Positions 42,115 to 55,587 of a DNA stretch of 56,198 nt are shown here, piece by piece. Within the stretch, counting starts at the first letter, position 1. Each line of letters starts with the position of its first letter. The translations under genes were made by a program, and so were the position numbers. The notes beneath the pieces are model-generated. The model did no database searches, was not told the DNA's origin, and worked only from the letters and a program-made list of their open reading frames with translations. The stretch lies in sequence record DRR723986_7891, one strand, 5' to 3'.

Positions 42115-43494
42115 TCACCGGGCAAACCAGCGTAACTGGGTATGCAGCTTGACCACATCGCCAACGATGATCAGCGTCGGCGCCCGAGGCTGTTCCTGCT
42201 CCACGACCCGGGTCATCGTTTCCAGGGTGCCGGTGAGCACCCGCTGGTCCACGGTACTGGCCCGTTCCACCAGCGCGACCGGGGTCGCCGGTGATCGGCC
42301 ATGGCGCTGCAACTGCTCGCAGATGATGGGCAGTCCGACCAGGCCCATGTAGAACACCAGTGTTTCTCCGGGATTCTGCATCGAGGCCCAGTCGTGATCC
42401 AGCTTGCCGTCGCGGGTATGACCGGTCACAAATCGCACGGACTGGGCGTGATCCCGGTGGGTCAGTGGAATCCCGCTGTAGCAGGCTGCGCCTGAGGCAG
42501 CGGTGATGCCGGGCACCACCTGGAAGGGTACCTGGTGCCGGGCGAGCAGATCGATCTCCTCACCGCCACGGCCAAAAATGAAGGGGTCGCCGCCCTTGAG
42601 TCGTGCGACCCGCTTGCCGGCCTGGGCCAGTTCTACCAGCATCCGGTTGATCTGGTCCTGGGGTACGGCGTGGTCAGCGCGTTGCTTGCCGACGTAAAAA
42701 CGCTCGGCATCCTTGCGTGCCATATCGATGATCGCCGGGTTGACCAGGCGGTCATGGAGCACCACATCGGCCTTTTGCAGCAGGCGCAAGGCGCGGAAAG
42801 TCATCAGGTCAGGATCACCCGGCCCGGCGCCGATCAGGTAGACCTCGCCGCGGGCGAATTCGGTCGTATCATTCAGCTGGGCTTCTACCAGTTCCATGGC
42901 CCGGTCTTCGTTACCGCCCAGAACTTGCTCGGCAACCGGCCCGTCCACCATCGCTTCCCAGAACAGTCGCCTGGCACCCTCTTCCGGAATCGCCTCGCGG
43001 ACCCGGCGGCGCAGGCCGCGGGCAAATTCCGCCAGCCGGCCATAGCCCGCGGGCACCAGCGCCTCGATCCGGCTGCGTAACAGGCGCGCCAGCACCGGGC
43101 TGGCGCCCGCACTGTTGATGGCAATCGTCAGTGGTGAACGATCGACAATTGAGGGCACGATGAACGTACAAAGTGCCGGGTTATCCACCACGTTGACCGG
43201 GATATTGAGTGCTGTGGCGTGCTCGTAGACCCGTCGGTTAACGGCTGAATCCGGGGTTGCCGCGATGACCAGCTTGCGTCCGTGGACGTCGGTCTCGGCG
43301 TAGTCTGTCGCTTGCCAGGTGCCACCGTGCTCGCGCAGGGCGGCCTCCAGTTCTGGCTCAATTTGCGGCGCGACCACGGTCAGGCTGGCACCGGCACGCA
43401 ATAACAGGCGGGCTTTACGGGTGCCTACCGTGCCTCCGCCAACCAACAGCACCGGCTCGTTGCGCAGGCGCAGGCTGATCGGCAGGTATTCCAT
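42115..43494 (-). CDS. cysG: Siroheme synthase (multifunctional CysG)
   Basis: VGGGTVG.RK, VNVVD, GAGPGDPDL, RLKGGDPFIFGRGGEE and PLTHRD. Confidence 0.95.
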   Translation of the reverse strand: MEYLPISLRLRNEPVLLVGGGTVGTRKARLLLRAGASLTVVAPQIEPELEAALREHGGTWQATDYAETDVHGRKLVIAATPDSAVNRRVYEHATALNIPVNVVDNPALCTFIVPSIVDRSPLTIAINSAGASPVLARLLRSRIEALVPAGYGRLAEFARGLRRRVREAIPEEGARRLFWEAMVDGPVAEQVLGGNEDRAMELVEAQLNDTTEFARGEVYLIGAGPGDPDLMTFRALRLLQKADVVLHDRLVNPAIIDMARKDAERFYVGKQRADHAVPQDQINRMLVELAQAGKRVARLKGGDPFIFGRGGEEIDLLARHQVPFQVVPGITAASGAACYSGIPLTHRDHAQSVRFVTGHTRDGKLDHDWASMQNPGETLVFYMGLVGLPIICEQLQRHGRSPATPVALVERASTVDQRVLTGTLETMTRVVEQEQPRAPTLIIVGDVVKLHTQLRWFAR

Positions 43495-43509
43495 GATGCG
43501 GCCCGCGGG

Positions 43510-44895
<1,386 letters not shown>

Positions 44896-45276
44896 CTATG
44901 AGAGCAGCAGGCGGGTCAGCTGCATCGCGAGGCCGGCGGCTACCACGCAAACCACGGCGCTCATCAGCACATAGCCCATGGCGTGCCAGAGATGGCCCGC
45001 TTCCAGCAAGTGGATGGTTTCGAGGGAAAACGTGGAGAAGGTGGTGAAGGCACCGAGGAATCCGACCATCAGTACCCCGCGCCAGTCGGCATGAATGAGG
45101 GCCTTCTCGACGATCAGGACATAGACGATGCCGATCGCGAAGCTGCCGATGATATTCACCAGCAAGGTGCCAACCGGGAGCCTCCCTTCCCACAGGGTAT
45201 GTGCCCAGTTGGCGAGCAGGTAGCGGCCTACGGCGCCGAAGGCGCCGCCGAGGGCAATGAACAGCAGGTATCTCAT
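44896..45276 (-). CDS. crcB: Fluoride channel Fluc/CrcB
   Basis: GGAFGAVGRY, GTLLVNIIGS and GFLGAFTTFSTF. Confidence 0.95.
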   Translation of the reverse strand: MRYLLFIALGGAFGAVGRYLLANWAHTLWEGRLPVGTLLVNIIGSFAIGIVYVLIVEKALIHADWRGVLMVGFLGAFTTFSTFSLETIHLLEAGHLWHAMGYVLMSAVVCVVAAGLAMQLTRLLLS

Positions 45277-45315
45277 GGCACGAGTGTAGCCATTCCGCGT
45301 GCGCCGGGAAACGTG

Positions 45316-46689
45316 TCAGCGGTAGCGCTGTTGCGCACTGTGCTGGTCCAGGCTGCGGAGATAGGCCAGTTTTTCACGGATTTTCTGCTCGAGCCCTCGT
45401 TCCACGGGGAAATAGTACTGTCGGTCCCGTAGCGCCTCAGGGAAATAATTTTCGCCGGCGGCGTAAGCGCCCTCCTCATCATGGGCATAACGGTAATCGG
45501 CGCCGTGCTCCATCTCTTTCATCAGTCGCGTTGGCGCGTTGCGCAGGTGCAGCGGCACCTCCCCGCTATCACCGGCAGCGACATCCTGCGCAGCGGCCTT
45601 GTAGGCGGTGTATACCGCATTACTCTTCGGTGCACAGGCGAGATAAACGATGGCCTGGGCAAGTGCCAGTTCGCCCTCCGGACTGCCGAGGCGCTCCTGC
45701 ACCTGCCAGGCGTCGAGGCACAGGCCCAGCGCCCTGGGATCTGCATTACCGATATCCTCGCTGGCCATGCGAACGACCCGCCGTGCGAGGTAAAGTGGGT
45801 CACAGCCGCCGTCGAGCATCCGGCAGAACCAGTACAGGGCAGCATCCGGGGAACTGCCCCTGACCGCCTTGTGCAGGGCGCTGATCTGGTCGTAAAACAG
45901 GTCGCCGCCCTTGTCGAAGAGACGCAGGCTGGCCTGCAGGACCTCCTCAAGCGTATCCCCGGTAATCTCCCGGCTACCGTCAGCACTCTCCTGAGCGAGG
46001 TCGGCAGCGAGTTCCAGTAAATTCAGGGCGCGCCGGGCATCGCCGTCTGCCTGGCGGGCAATCGCCTCCAGGTGCTCGTCGGCCACCCGCAGCCCATCAC
46101 CGAGCCCGGCCACGCCCCGAATCAGGACCGCGCTGAGTTCACCCGGCTCGAGGGGGCGCAACTTGTAGACCCGCGAGCGGGACAGCAGTGCGTTGTTCAA
46201 CTCAAAGGACGGATTTTCGGTGGTCGCGCCAACGAAGATCAGGGTGCCGTCCTCAACATAGGGCAGGAAGGCATCCTGCTGCGACTTGTTGAACCGGTGT
46301 ACCTCGTCAACGAACAGTACCGTGTCGCGTCCCCGTCCCTTCTGCTGGCGCGCCTGGTCGACTGCCGCGCGGATATCCTTGACCCCGGACAACACGGCGG
46401 AGAGCTGCAGGAAATGGGCATTGGCCCCGGCGGCAGCGATGCGCGCCAGGGTGGTTTTACCCACTCCCGGCGGTCCCCAGAAAATCATCGAATGCAGCTG
46501 ACCGCTGTCGATCGCTATGCGCAGTGGCTTACCCGCGTCCAACAGATGCGACTGGCCGGCGTAATCGGCCAGGGTTGCCGGCCGCAGCAGCGCCGCCAGA
46601 GGCTGGTAGCCCGCCTCCGCGGGGGCAGCTGACCGGGCATCCGCGTCACTGGCAAACAGGGTTGCCTGGCCGTCCTCGGGATCACTCAT
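45316..46689 (-). CDS. rarA: Replication-associated recombination protein RarA/MgsA
   Basis: WGPPGVGKTT, DEVHRFNKSQQD, GATTENPSF and ASEDIGNADP. Confidence 0.95.
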   Translation of the reverse strand: MSDPEDGQATLFASDADARSAAPAEAGYQPLAALLRPATLADYAGQSHLLDAGKPLRIAIDSGQLHSMIFWGPPGVGKTTLARIAAAGANAHFLQLSAVLSGVKDIRAAVDQARQQKGRGRDTVLFVDEVHRFNKSQQDAFLPYVEDGTLIFVGATTENPSFELNNALLSRSRVYKLRPLEPGELSAVLIRGVAGLGDGLRVADEHLEAIARQADGDARRALNLLELAADLAQESADGSREITGDTLEEVLQASLRLFDKGGDLFYDQISALHKAVRGSSPDAALYWFCRMLDGGCDPLYLARRVVRMASEDIGNADPRALGLCLDAWQVQERLGSPEGELALAQAIVYLACAPKSNAVYTAYKAAAQDVAAGDSGEVPLHLRNAPTRLMKEMEHGADYRYAHDEEGAYAAGENYFPEALRDRQYYFPVERGLEQKIREKLAYLRSLDQHSAQQRYR

Positions 46690-47314
46690 CGTAGTAAAAC
46701 AGGTCGACACCCTCCGGCGGGGAGAAGGCAAAGTCAGCCGGCGTCAGTGCGCTGTCGGTGGATAAATTGCCGAAGCCGACCCGGATGCGCTGGCCGAGAC
46801 GATCCACAATATCCATACCCGCCACCTCGCCGTCGACGAATACCAGGGTCAGACTTTGAAAGCCCGGGTCGCCTGCCAGGGGCGTCAGGGTATAACTGCC
46901 GGGACCTTCACTAGTCACGGTGAAGCGTTGTCGCAGTACCGAAGCGTCGCCGCCCAGCACCTGCAATGGCGCCATCTGCTCGCCGGTAGCTGGCCGCCGG
47001 GTCACGGTCTCCAGGTCCCGGTCGTGGTGCCAGATGTAGTCCGGGCCAGCGATAACCAGCTGGCTGTCGGGAGCGCTGATCTCCCAGGCGAAGTAGCCCG
47101 GGCGCAGCAGGCGAAAGGTCCCGCTGCTCTCCAGCAGAATGTCACCGGATTCAGAGAATTGTTGCTGGGTGAACCGGCCCTGTAGCTGCGCAACGGGCTC
47201 CAGTTGCTGCAGCAACTCGTCGACCGGTGCCGCGGTGGCATCGCGAATCATGCCCAGACACAGGCAGGCAAAAAGCCCGGCTACCAGCAGCAGGCGAACA
47301 GGAGATGGGGCCAT
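46682..47314 (-). CDS. lolA: Outer-membrane lipoprotein chaperone LolA
   Basis: Signal peptide, F.Q...RPG.F.W and F.FSPPEGVD; ftsK-lolA-rarA synteny. Confidence 0.9.
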   Translation of the reverse strand: MAPSPVRLLLVAGLFACLCLGMIRDATAAPVDELLQQLEPVAQLQGRFTQQQFSESGDILLESSGTFRLLRPGYFAWEISAPDSQLVIAGPDYIWHHDRDLETVTRRPATGEQMAPLQVLGGDASVLRQRFTVTSEGPGSYTLTPLAGDPGFQSLTLVFVDGEVAGMDIVDRLGQRIRVGFGNLSTDSALTPADFAFSPPEGVDLFYYDE

Positions 47315-47317
47315 CGG

Positions 47318-49633
47318 TCAGTCTCCCACCGGCGGTGGCGCGATCACTTCGCGCTGGCCATTGCTTCCCATCTCGGTAACCACCCCGGCGGCCTCCATGG
47401 CTTCGATAAGCCGCGCCGCACGGTTGTAGCCGATACGCAGCTTGCGCTGCACACTCGATATGGACGCCCGCCGACTCTGGGTCACGTAGTGCACGGCCTC
47501 GTCGTAGAGCGCATCCTCCTCCTCGCCCCCCTCTGAGGCGTCCGCCTGCAGCTCACCGGCGGTGACCGGTGTGCTGCTGCCCTCGTCGAGCAGGCCATCG
47601 ATGTAGGCAGGCTCGCCGCGACGTTTCCAGTCCGCAACCACACGGTGCACCTCTTCATCGGAACAGAACGCACCGTGGACCCGGGTTGGCAGGCCCGATC
47701 CCGGGGGCAGGTAGAGCATATCGCCGTGCCCCAACAGCTGTTCGGCTCCGCCCTGATCGAGGATGGTTCGCGAATCGACCTTGGAGCTCACCTGAAAGGC
47801 GATCCGGGTCGGCACGTTTGCCTTGATCAGGCCGGTGATGACATCGACTGACGGGCGCTGGGTTGCGAGAATGAGGTGGATACCGGCGGCGCGGGCTTTC
47901 TGTGCGATTCGGGCAATCAGTTCTTCGACCTTTTTGCCGACGATCATCATCATGTCGGCGAATTCATCGATCACCACCACGATGGCCGGCAACTTGATCA
48001 GCGCCGGGGCGGTCTGCTGCTCATCGGTTTCGGCGAAGATCGGGTCCGGAGTCCACAGCGGGTCGGGAATCGGTGTGCCGGCCCTCTCGGCTTCCAGCAC
48101 CTTGCGGTTATAGCCGGCCAGGTTCCGTACCCCCAGGGCAGCCATGAGCTTGTAACGACGCTCCATCTCAGCGACGCACCAGCGCAGCCCGTTTGCCGCA
48201 TCCTTCATGTCGGTAATCACCGGCGTCAGCAGGTGCGGTATGCCCTCGTAGATCGACAGCTCAAGCATTTTCGGGTCGACCATGATCAGGCGGACATCCT
48301 CGGGCCCGGATTTATACAGCAGGCTGATCAACATGCAGTTGACGCCCACCGATTTGCCGGAGCCGGTGGTTCCGGCAACCAGCAGGTGAGGCATCTTGGC
48401 CAGGTCTGCAACCACTGGCTGACCGGAGATATCGTGTCCCAGCGCCAGGGTCAGCGGTGACTTGGACTGATCGAAAGCCCGGGACGACAGGACTTCCTTG
48501 AAATTGACCACCTCCCGGTCCTCGTTGGGAATCTCGATCCCAACCACACTCTTGCCCGGAATGACCTCGACCACTCGCACTGAAATCACTGCCAGCGAAC
48601 GGGCGAGATCCTTGGCGAGATTGGAGATGCGCGAGACTTTGACGCCCGCAGCCGGCTGGATTTCAAAGCGCGTAATCACCGGACCGGGATAGACCGCGGT
48701 AACCTCTGCAGACACGCCAAAGTCAGCCAGTTTCAATTCCAGCAGACGCGACAGTCCCTCGAGGGCATCCTTTGAATAGCCCCGGTTGGGATCCTTAACC
48801 TCTTCATCCAGCAGTTCCAGCGGCGGCAATTCGCCCACCACCGGCGCGTCGAACAGGGGCTTCTGCTTTTCCTTCTCGACCCGGTCGCTCTTTTCGGCCT
48901 TGGGCTGCAGGGGTTTTATCTTCGGCGGCTTACGCTTGCGCTCTTTTTCGACGTGTTCCTCGATAACGACCTTACGCGCCTCCAGCTGTTTTTCCCGCTG
49001 ACGACGGTCGCGCATTGCATCCAGCCGCTTACTCGTTTGCTCGCGGATAGTCGCGTAGGCCAGCATGCTCCAGGCGCCGAGTTGCTCCATCAGCCTGAGC
49101 CAGCTGAGATCCGTGAAGATGGTCATACCGAACAGGAACACCGACAGCAGGATCAGGCGGCTGCCCACCGGTGAGAAGGCAACGGTGAACGCGTCGCCGA
49201 TGGCCTGGCCCAGAATACCGCCGGCACCCTGGGGTAAGCCGGAACCGCCGGGATCGTTCATCGCTGCGAGGGCGGTGCCTGCAATCATCACCAGCACCAG
49301 GCCCAGCGTACGGATGCCGAAGGTCATCCAGTCAAAACCGGGCTGCTCGTTCTTCTCCAGCAGGATGATAATCGCCCGGTAGGCGAGCATCAGTGGAAAC
49401 AGGTAGGCGGCATAGCCGACCAGGGAAAAAAAGACGTCGGCCATCCAGGCGCCGGTGATACCGCCCAGGTTGGCAATCTTGCCGCCGCTGCCGGTTGCCG
49501 ACCAGCCGGGATCCCGCGCGCTGTAGGTCAGCAGGGCAAGGAGAATATACAGACAGGCCGCACTGACCCCGATAAAAGCCCCTTCCCGCAGTCGCGGGCC
49601 GAGGAAGTTATCCGTTTTGGTGGTTTCCGGCAC
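47318..49633 (-). CDS. ftsK: DNA translocase FtsK
   Basis: N-terminal TMs, [30 protein letters not shown] and gamma domain [15 protein letters not shown]. Confidence 0.97.
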   Translation of the reverse strand: MPETTKTDNFLGPRLREGAFIGVSAACLYILLALLTYSARDPGWSATGSGGKIANLGGITGAWMADVFFSLVGYAAYLFPLMLAYRAIIILLEKNEQPGFDWMTFGIRTLGLVLVMIAGTALAAMNDPGGSGLPQGAGGILGQAIGDAFTVAFSPVGSRLILLSVFLFGMTIFTDLSWLRLMEQLGAWSMLAYATIREQTSKRLDAMRDRRQREKQLEARKVVIEEHVEKERKRKPPKIKPLQPKAEKSDRVEKEKQKPLFDAPVVGELPPLELLDEEVKDPNRGYSKDALEGLSRLLELKLADFGVSAEVTAVYPGPVITRFEIQPAAGVKVSRISNLAKDLARSLAVISVRVVEVIPGKSVVGIEIPNEDREVVNFKEVLSSRAFDQSKSPLTLALGHDISGQPVVADLAKMPHLLVAGTTGSGKSVGVNCMLISLLYKSGPEDVRLIMVDPKMLELSIYEGIPHLLTPVITDMKDAANGLRWCVAEMERRYKLMAALGVRNLAGYNRKVLEAERAGTPIPDPLWTPDPIFAETDEQQTAPALIKLPAIVVVIDEFADMMMIVGKKVEELIARIAQKARAAGIHLILATQRPSVDVITGLIKANVPTRIAFQVSSKVDSRTILDQGGAEQLLGHGDMLYLPPGSGLPTRVHGAFCSDEEVHRVVADWKRRGEPAYIDGLLDEGSSTPVTAGELQADASEGGEEEDALYDEAVHYVTQSRRASISSVQRKLRIGYNRAARLIEAMEAAGVVTEMGSNGQREVIAPPPVGD

Positions 49634-49853
49634 GCTGCCTGCCCCTCACTGGCGTCCCCGGACGGCGTGCTTGATACGTTCCACCCCGCCCCCTTAAGAT
49701 GGCGACCATTTTGACCTAATTTAATCGGTAATTCAAAGGCTTATAAGATCTTTTTAGAATGAACCTAGCCTTTGCCGTCAGTCGCCCTTTACTTTACCAT
49801 TAGCGCCCTTATACAAGGGCTTGCGCTACCTCGCGCCGGGCGGCCCCATTTAA

Positions 49854-50834
<981 letters not shown>

Positions 50835-50892
50835 GGCCGGGGCGTACCTGCCCTGCCCCGGTCGCTGGCGCTAAAGGAGCACACCCGCCGGA

Positions 50893-51606
50893 ATGGCCTT
50901 GATCCAGCGCCTGCAAGCCCAGGACGACTTTCCGCCCAGTTCCGAGGCGCTCGACTACCCCAATGGCCTGCTGGCCGTGGGCGGCGAACTCACTCCCGAG
51001 CGCCTGCTGCGGGCCTACCGTCGGGGTATTTTCCCCTGGTTTGAAACACCCCAGCCGGTGCTGTGGTGGACCCCGGACCCCCGTTCGGTGCTGTATCCGC
51101 AGGAGTTGCATATTTCTCGCAGCCTGGCAAAAACCCTGCGCCGCGATCACTTCCAGCTGCGTGTTGACCAACAGTTTGCACAGGTCATGTCCCGCTGCGG
51201 TGAGACACGCGCGGACGGCCCGGGAACCTGGATCAACCCGGCGATGCTGGAGGCCTATGGCGAGTTACACCGCCTGGGCCATGCCCATTCCATTGAAGTC
51301 CTCAATGCGGATGGCGAACTGGTCGGCGGCCTGTACGGGGTGGCGATCGGCCGGGCGTTTTTTGGCGAATCGATGTTCAGCAAGGAACGGGATGCCTCGA
51401 AAGTTGCACTGGTTGCCTTGGTTCACCTTCTCCGTGCTGCCCGCTTCGCAGTGATCGACTGCCAGGTTGAGAGCGAGCACCTGAACAGTCTTGGGGCACG
51501 GAGCATTTCACGGCTGGACTTCGAACACCTGCTTGCCCAAACTAAGGACAGTGAGCCCGCCGGCGACATATGGACCGTGCCGGGCAGTTGTGGAGCGCTG
51601 TTGTGA
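50893..51606 (+). CDS. aat: Leucyl/phenylalanyl-tRNA--protein transferase
   Basis: AYRRGIFPW, WWTPDPR, TWI, GGLYG and FFGESMFS. Confidence 0.95.
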   Translation: MALIQRLQAQDDFPPSSEALDYPNGLLAVGGELTPERLLRAYRRGIFPWFETPQPVLWWTPDPRSVLYPQELHISRSLAKTLRRDHFQLRVDQQFAQVMSRCGETRADGPGTWINPAMLEAYGELHRLGHAHSIEVLNADGELVGGLYGVAIGRAFFGESMFSKERDASKVALVALVHLLRAARFAVIDCQVESEHLNSLGARSISRLDFEHLLAQTKDSEPAGDIWTVPGSCGALL

Positions 51607-52322
51607 CGTCATCGCTGCGAGATCTCAAGGTTTACACGACCTACCCTCATAGCTGCAGTTATTTGCGCGACCAGGAGGCGACGACCCTGTTCGTCGATCC
51701 GCGGCAGGACATCGACCAGACCCTGTACAGCAATCTTTCCCTATTGGGATTCCGGCGCAGCGGAAATCATATTTACCGGCCACACTGCACCCACTGCAAT
51801 GCCTGTATACCGGCGAGAATCCCGGTTAACAGCTTCCAGCCCAACCGCTCCCAGCGCCGCACCCTGGCGCGTAACCGGGACCTGGTGGTAGAGCGCACCC
51901 TGGATATCCGCGACGATTCTGCCTATGAGTTATACCGGCGCTATATCGTCACCCGGCATGCGGACGGCGATATGTTCCCGCCGGACCGTGACCAGTATGA
52001 ATCTTTTCTCAACAATGCCTGGGATTGCACTCGCTACTACCGGTTCTACCGTCGCCAGAAGCTGGTTGCGGTGGCAGTTGTCGATGTGATGGTGGATGGT
52101 TTATCTGCCATCTACACTTTCTTCGATCCGGAGGAGCGACAGCGCAGCCTCGGGGCACACGCTATTCTCTGGCAGGTGGAGCAAGCCCGCGAGATGGGTC
52201 TGCAGCACCTCTATCTCGGTTACTGGATCAAGGGTTGCCAGAAGATGGCCTACAAGTCGGATTACCAGCCAATGGAGCTCTACCAGAACGGCCAGTGGAC
52301 TGAGGCAATTTGCCAAGATTAG
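51603..52322 (+). CDS. ate: Bacterial arginyltransferase-like / Asp,Glu-specific leucyltransferase (Ate/Bpt)
   Basis: CSYL, GFRRSG..YRPHC..C.AC, RHADGDM, LSAIYTFFDP and LYLGYWI...KM.YK. Confidence 0.9.
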   Translation: MTSSLRDLKVYTTYPHSCSYLRDQEATTLFVDPRQDIDQTLYSNLSLLGFRRSGNHIYRPHCTHCNACIPARIPVNSFQPNRSQRRTLARNRDLVVERTLDIRDDSAYELYRRYIVTRHADGDMFPPDRDQYESFLNNAWDCTRYYRFYRRQKLVAVAVVDVMVDGLSAIYTFFDPEERQRSLGAHAILWQVEQAREMGLQHLYLGYWIKGCQKMAYKSDYQPMELYQNGQWTEAICQD

Positions 52323-52388
52323 CGGTGGCATGTAGCAGGCGTTTGGGGCAAAATGCGCCCCTTGTTTTTCAGCAGGAAACGCCGCCGC

Positions 52389-52607
52389 ATGGCAAAAGAA
52401 GACCAGATCGAGATGGAGGGCGAAGTTATCGACACCCTCCCCAATACGACTTTCCGCGTGCAGTTGGAGAATGGCCATGTGGTCACGGCCCATATCTCTG
52501 GCAAAATGCGCAAAAACTATATCCGCATACTGACCGGTGACAAGGTACGGGTGGAATTGACGCCTTACGACCTGTCGAAAGGCCGTATTACCTATCGCGA
52601 GCGCTAA
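52389..52607 (+). CDS. infA: Translation initiation factor IF-1
   Basis: [11 protein letters not shown]...[31 protein letters not shown]. Confidence 0.98.
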   Translation: MAKEDQIEMEGEVIDTLPNTTFRVQLENGHVVTAHISGKMRKNYIRILTGDKVRVELTPYDLSKGRITYRER

Positions 52608-52624
52608 ACGGTCGCCCCGGAACG

Positions 52625-52649
52625 AAAAACCCCGGCCTGAAGCCGGGGT
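52625..52649 (-). terminator. Terminator between convergent infA and clpA
   Basis: A-tract followed by ACCCCGGC-ctgaa-GCCGGGGT. Confidence 0.7.
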
Positions 52650-52672
52650 CTGAAACACCGAACACCTGCGCT

Positions 52673-54958
52673 TCAACTCTCTTCCAGCGCAGCCTCCTGC
52701 TCTTCTACCACCACGCTCAGCTCGTCCTTCGCCTTGTTCAGACGAACCAGCGCCGTGCCGCCATCTTTGGCCAGGGGACCGAACAGGACGAGCTCAGCCA
52801 GCGGCTTCTTGATGTGCTCCTGGATGACGCGCTCCATCGGCCTCGCCCCCATATGCCTGTCGTAGCCTTTTTCCACCAGCCATAGCCTGGCGTCCTCGTC
52901 CACATCCAGGGTAACCCGCTTCTCGTCGAGCTGGCCCTGCAGTTCTGTGAGGAATTTATCGACCACCGTGAGAATGACGTCCTCACCCAGAGGCTCAAAC
53001 TGTACGACAGCATCCAGCCGATTACGGAACTCGGGAGTGAACATACGGTTAATGGCTTCCATCCCGTCGGTGCTGTGATCCTGTGAGGTGAAGCCAATCG
53101 TGCGCCGGCTGATGTTCTCTGCGCCCGCATTAGTGGTCATCACCAGGATAACGTTGCGGAAGTCAGCCTTGCGCCCGTTGTTGTCAGTCAGGGTGCCGTG
53201 ATCCATCACCTGCAGGAGCAGGTTGAAAACCTCAGGGTGCGCCTTCTCGATTTCGTCCAGCAGAACAACCGAATGAGGATGCTTGGTGACCGCGTCGGTC
53301 AGCAGGCCACCCTGGTCGAAGCCAACGTAGCCCGGTGGCGCACCAATCAGCCGTGACACCGTGTGGCGCTCCATGTATTCCGACATATCGAAGCGGACCA
53401 GTTCCAGGCCCAGCTGACGGGCAAGCTGGCGGGTAACCTCGGTCTTGCCGACGCCGGTCGGCCCCGCGAGCAGGAATGAACCAATGGGTTTGTCGCCGCC
53501 GCGCAGGCCCGCACGGGCCAGCTTGATTGAGGTCGACAGGCTGGCAATTGCGCGATCCTGCCCGAACACAACCATCTGCAGGTTGCTCTCCAGCTTTTGC
53601 AGCACTTCCTTGTCGTCGGAACTGACGGTCTTCGGCGGGATCCTTGCGATCTTGGCAATCACCGCCTCGATGTCGCCGACGCCCACTACCTTCTTGCGTT
53701 TGCTGGCAGGCTGCAGCTGCTGATACGCACCCGCCTCATCAATGACGTCGATGGCCTTGTCAGGCAGGAAGCGGTCGGTGATATAGCACGCCGACAGATC
53801 CGTGGCCACACGCAGGGCCTTGTCCGTGTAGCGCAGCCCGTGATGCTCCTCGAAACGGGACTTGAGCCCCTTGAGAATCTTGTAGGCATCATCGGGGCTC
53901 GGCTCCATGACGTCGATCTTCTGGAATCGACGGCTCAGGGCCTTGTCCTTGTCGAAGATGCCGCGGTATTCGTGGAAGGTCGTGGAGCCGATGCAGCGCA
54001 TCTTGCCCGAGCTCAACAGCGGCTTGAGCAGGTTGCTGGCGTCCATAACGCCGCCGGATGCCGCGCCCGCACCAATGATGGTGTGAATTTCATCGATGAA
54101 CAGGATCGCCCCTTCGCGCTTCTTCAGCTCGGCAAGCAGGCCCTTGAACCGCTTTTCGAAGTCCCCCCGGTATTTGGTGCCGGCGAGCAGGGAACCCAGG
54201 TCCAGTGAATAGACCACCGAATCCTTGAGTAACTCAGGCACCTCGCCGTCGACGATCATCTTCGCCAGGCCTTCCGCGATCGCGGTTTTGCCGACCCCGG
54301 ACTCACCGACCAGCAGTGGGTTGTTCTTGCGCCGCCGGGCGAGGATCTGGGCGACCCGTTCAACTTCGGGAATCCTGCCTATCAGCGGGTCGATATGCCC
54401 TGCCGCAGCTTCCTCGTTCAGGTTGGTCGCATAGTTGTCGAGGGGATTGCTGTCGCCCTCTTCCCCGATCACCTCTTCACTGGTGCCACCGACACCCGGA
54501 TCACTACCTTCGCTCTCGTCCGAGACCTTGGAGATCCCGTGAGTGATGTAATTGACGACGTCGAGACGGGCAATGCTCTGGGTTTTGAGGAAATAGACCG
54601 CCTGGCTTTCCTGCTCGGAGAAAATGGCGACCAGGACGTTGGCGCCGGTCACCTCACTCTTGCCCGAGGACTGGACATGAAATACGGCGCGCTGCAGTAC
54701 TCGCTGGAAACCAAGCGTTGGCTGGGTTTCGCGCTGCTCCTCGTCTTCCGGAATCAGCGGTGTGGTGGCATCGACAAACTCGATGAGATCACCGCGCAGC
54801 CCGCCGATATCGGCACCGCAGGCTTTCAGCACCCGGATGGCATCGTTGTTATCCAGCAGCGCGAGCAGCAGGTGCTCGACCGTCATGAATTCGTGCCTCT
54901 TTGCCCTGGCGCCGCGAAACGCTTCGTTCAGGGTTTGTTCCAGGTCTTTGCTTAGCAT
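52673..54958 (-). CDS. clpA: ATP-dependent Clp protease ATPase subunit ClpA
   Basis: HEFMTVEHLLLAL, two Walker A motifs (GESGVGKT, GPTGVGKT) and RFDMSEYME. Confidence 0.97.
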   Translation of the reverse strand: MLSKDLEQTLNEAFRGARAKRHEFMTVEHLLLALLDNNDAIRVLKACGADIGGLRGDLIEFVDATTPLIPEDEEQRETQPTLGFQRVLQRAVFHVQSSGKSEVTGANVLVAIFSEQESQAVYFLKTQSIARLDVVNYITHGISKVSDESEGSDPGVGGTSEEVIGEEGDSNPLDNYATNLNEEAAAGHIDPLIGRIPEVERVAQILARRRKNNPLLVGESGVGKTAIAEGLAKMIVDGEVPELLKDSVVYSLDLGSLLAGTKYRGDFEKRFKGLLAELKKREGAILFIDEIHTIIGAGAASGGVMDASNLLKPLLSSGKMRCIGSTTFHEYRGIFDKDKALSRRFQKIDVMEPSPDDAYKILKGLKSRFEEHHGLRYTDKALRVATDLSACYITDRFLPDKAIDVIDEAGAYQQLQPASKRKKVVGVGDIEAVIAKIARIPPKTVSSDDKEVLQKLESNLQMVVFGQDRAIASLSTSIKLARAGLRGGDKPIGSFLLAGPTGVGKTEVTRQLARQLGLELVRFDMSEYMERHTVSRLIGAPPGYVGFDQGGLLTDAVTKHPHSVVLLDEIEKAHPEVFNLLLQVMDHGTLTDNNGRKADFRNVILVMTTNAGAENISRRTIGFTSQDHSTDGMEAINRMFTPEFRNRLDAVVQFEPLGEDVILTVVDKFLTELQGQLDEKRVTLDVDEDARLWLVEKGYDRHMGARPMERVIQEHIKKPLAELVLFGPLAKDGGTALVRLNKAKDELSVVVEEQEAALEES

Positions 54959-54977
54959 GGGTACCGCTCCTCGGGGA

Positions 54978-55346
54978 TCAACCCTCCGACGCTTCGATTT
55001 CGCACAGCAGCGGGTGCTGGTTCTCCCGTGCATACTGGTTTACCTGGGCTGCCTTGGTCTCGGCAATATCGCGGGTGTAGATTCCGCAAACGCCTTTGCC
55101 CTGGGTGTGTACGGTGAGCATGACGTGCGTGGCCTGCTCCCGGTTCATACGGAAAAAAACTTCGAGCACTTCGACCACAAACTCCATTGGCGTGTAGTCG
55201 TCGTTGATCAGGATGACCTTGAACAGCGGGGGTTTCTTGAGCTCCGGTTTACTTTCCTGCAGCGCAATACTGCCGTCGGAGTCGCCCTCCTCCGCAGCCA
55301 GCCGCCAAAGAGACTGTGTCGTCCTGTATTCCACCTTACCGCTCAC
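54978..55346 (-). CDS. clpS: N-degron adaptor ClpS
   Basis: [24 protein letters not shown] and HPLLC. GTG start inferred from the GGAG spacing. Confidence 0.95.
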   Translation of the reverse strand: MSGKVEYRTTQSLWRLAAEEGDSDGSIALQESKPELKKPPLFKVILINDDYTPMEFVVEVLEVFFRMNREQATHVMLTVHTQGKGVCGIYTRDIAETKAAQVNQYARENQHPLLCEIEASEG

Positions 55347-55368
55347 CACCTCTCCACCGGAGTGTTGG

Positions 55369-55396
55369 ACATGGGGTCATTATAATGGAATTCAAT
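55369..55396 (-). promoter_or_regulatory. Putative sigma32 (RpoH) promoter for clpSA
   Basis: The minus strand reads TTGAA-14 bp-CCCCATGT, with a TATAAT embedded in the spacer. Confidence 0.6.
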
Positions 55397-55587
55397 AGCA
55401 GCTCTAGCTGGGCGGCTGCGCGAATTCCGTGCTACTGTAGCCAGATCAGGCAGCTTGCGCCCTGCCTGCCCACTCCCTATGTATACGTTGATTCCCTGCT
55501 TCGGGTCACTTCCCGCCAGCAACCCGGTTGCGTCAGCAATCGTCAGATCAAACAGCATCTACCCCCGATGGTCAGCGGCGATCGGGC

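Noticed and set aside
45277-45315. Fluoride riboswitch before crcB
   Set aside because: The gap is only 39 bp and lacks the GGCGATGG-type consensus.
49700-49760. AT-rich tract with a TTTGA...TCAAA dyad between ftsK and trxB
   Set aside because: Probably promoter DNA, but there is no convincing OxyR or LexA consensus, so no regulator could be assigned.
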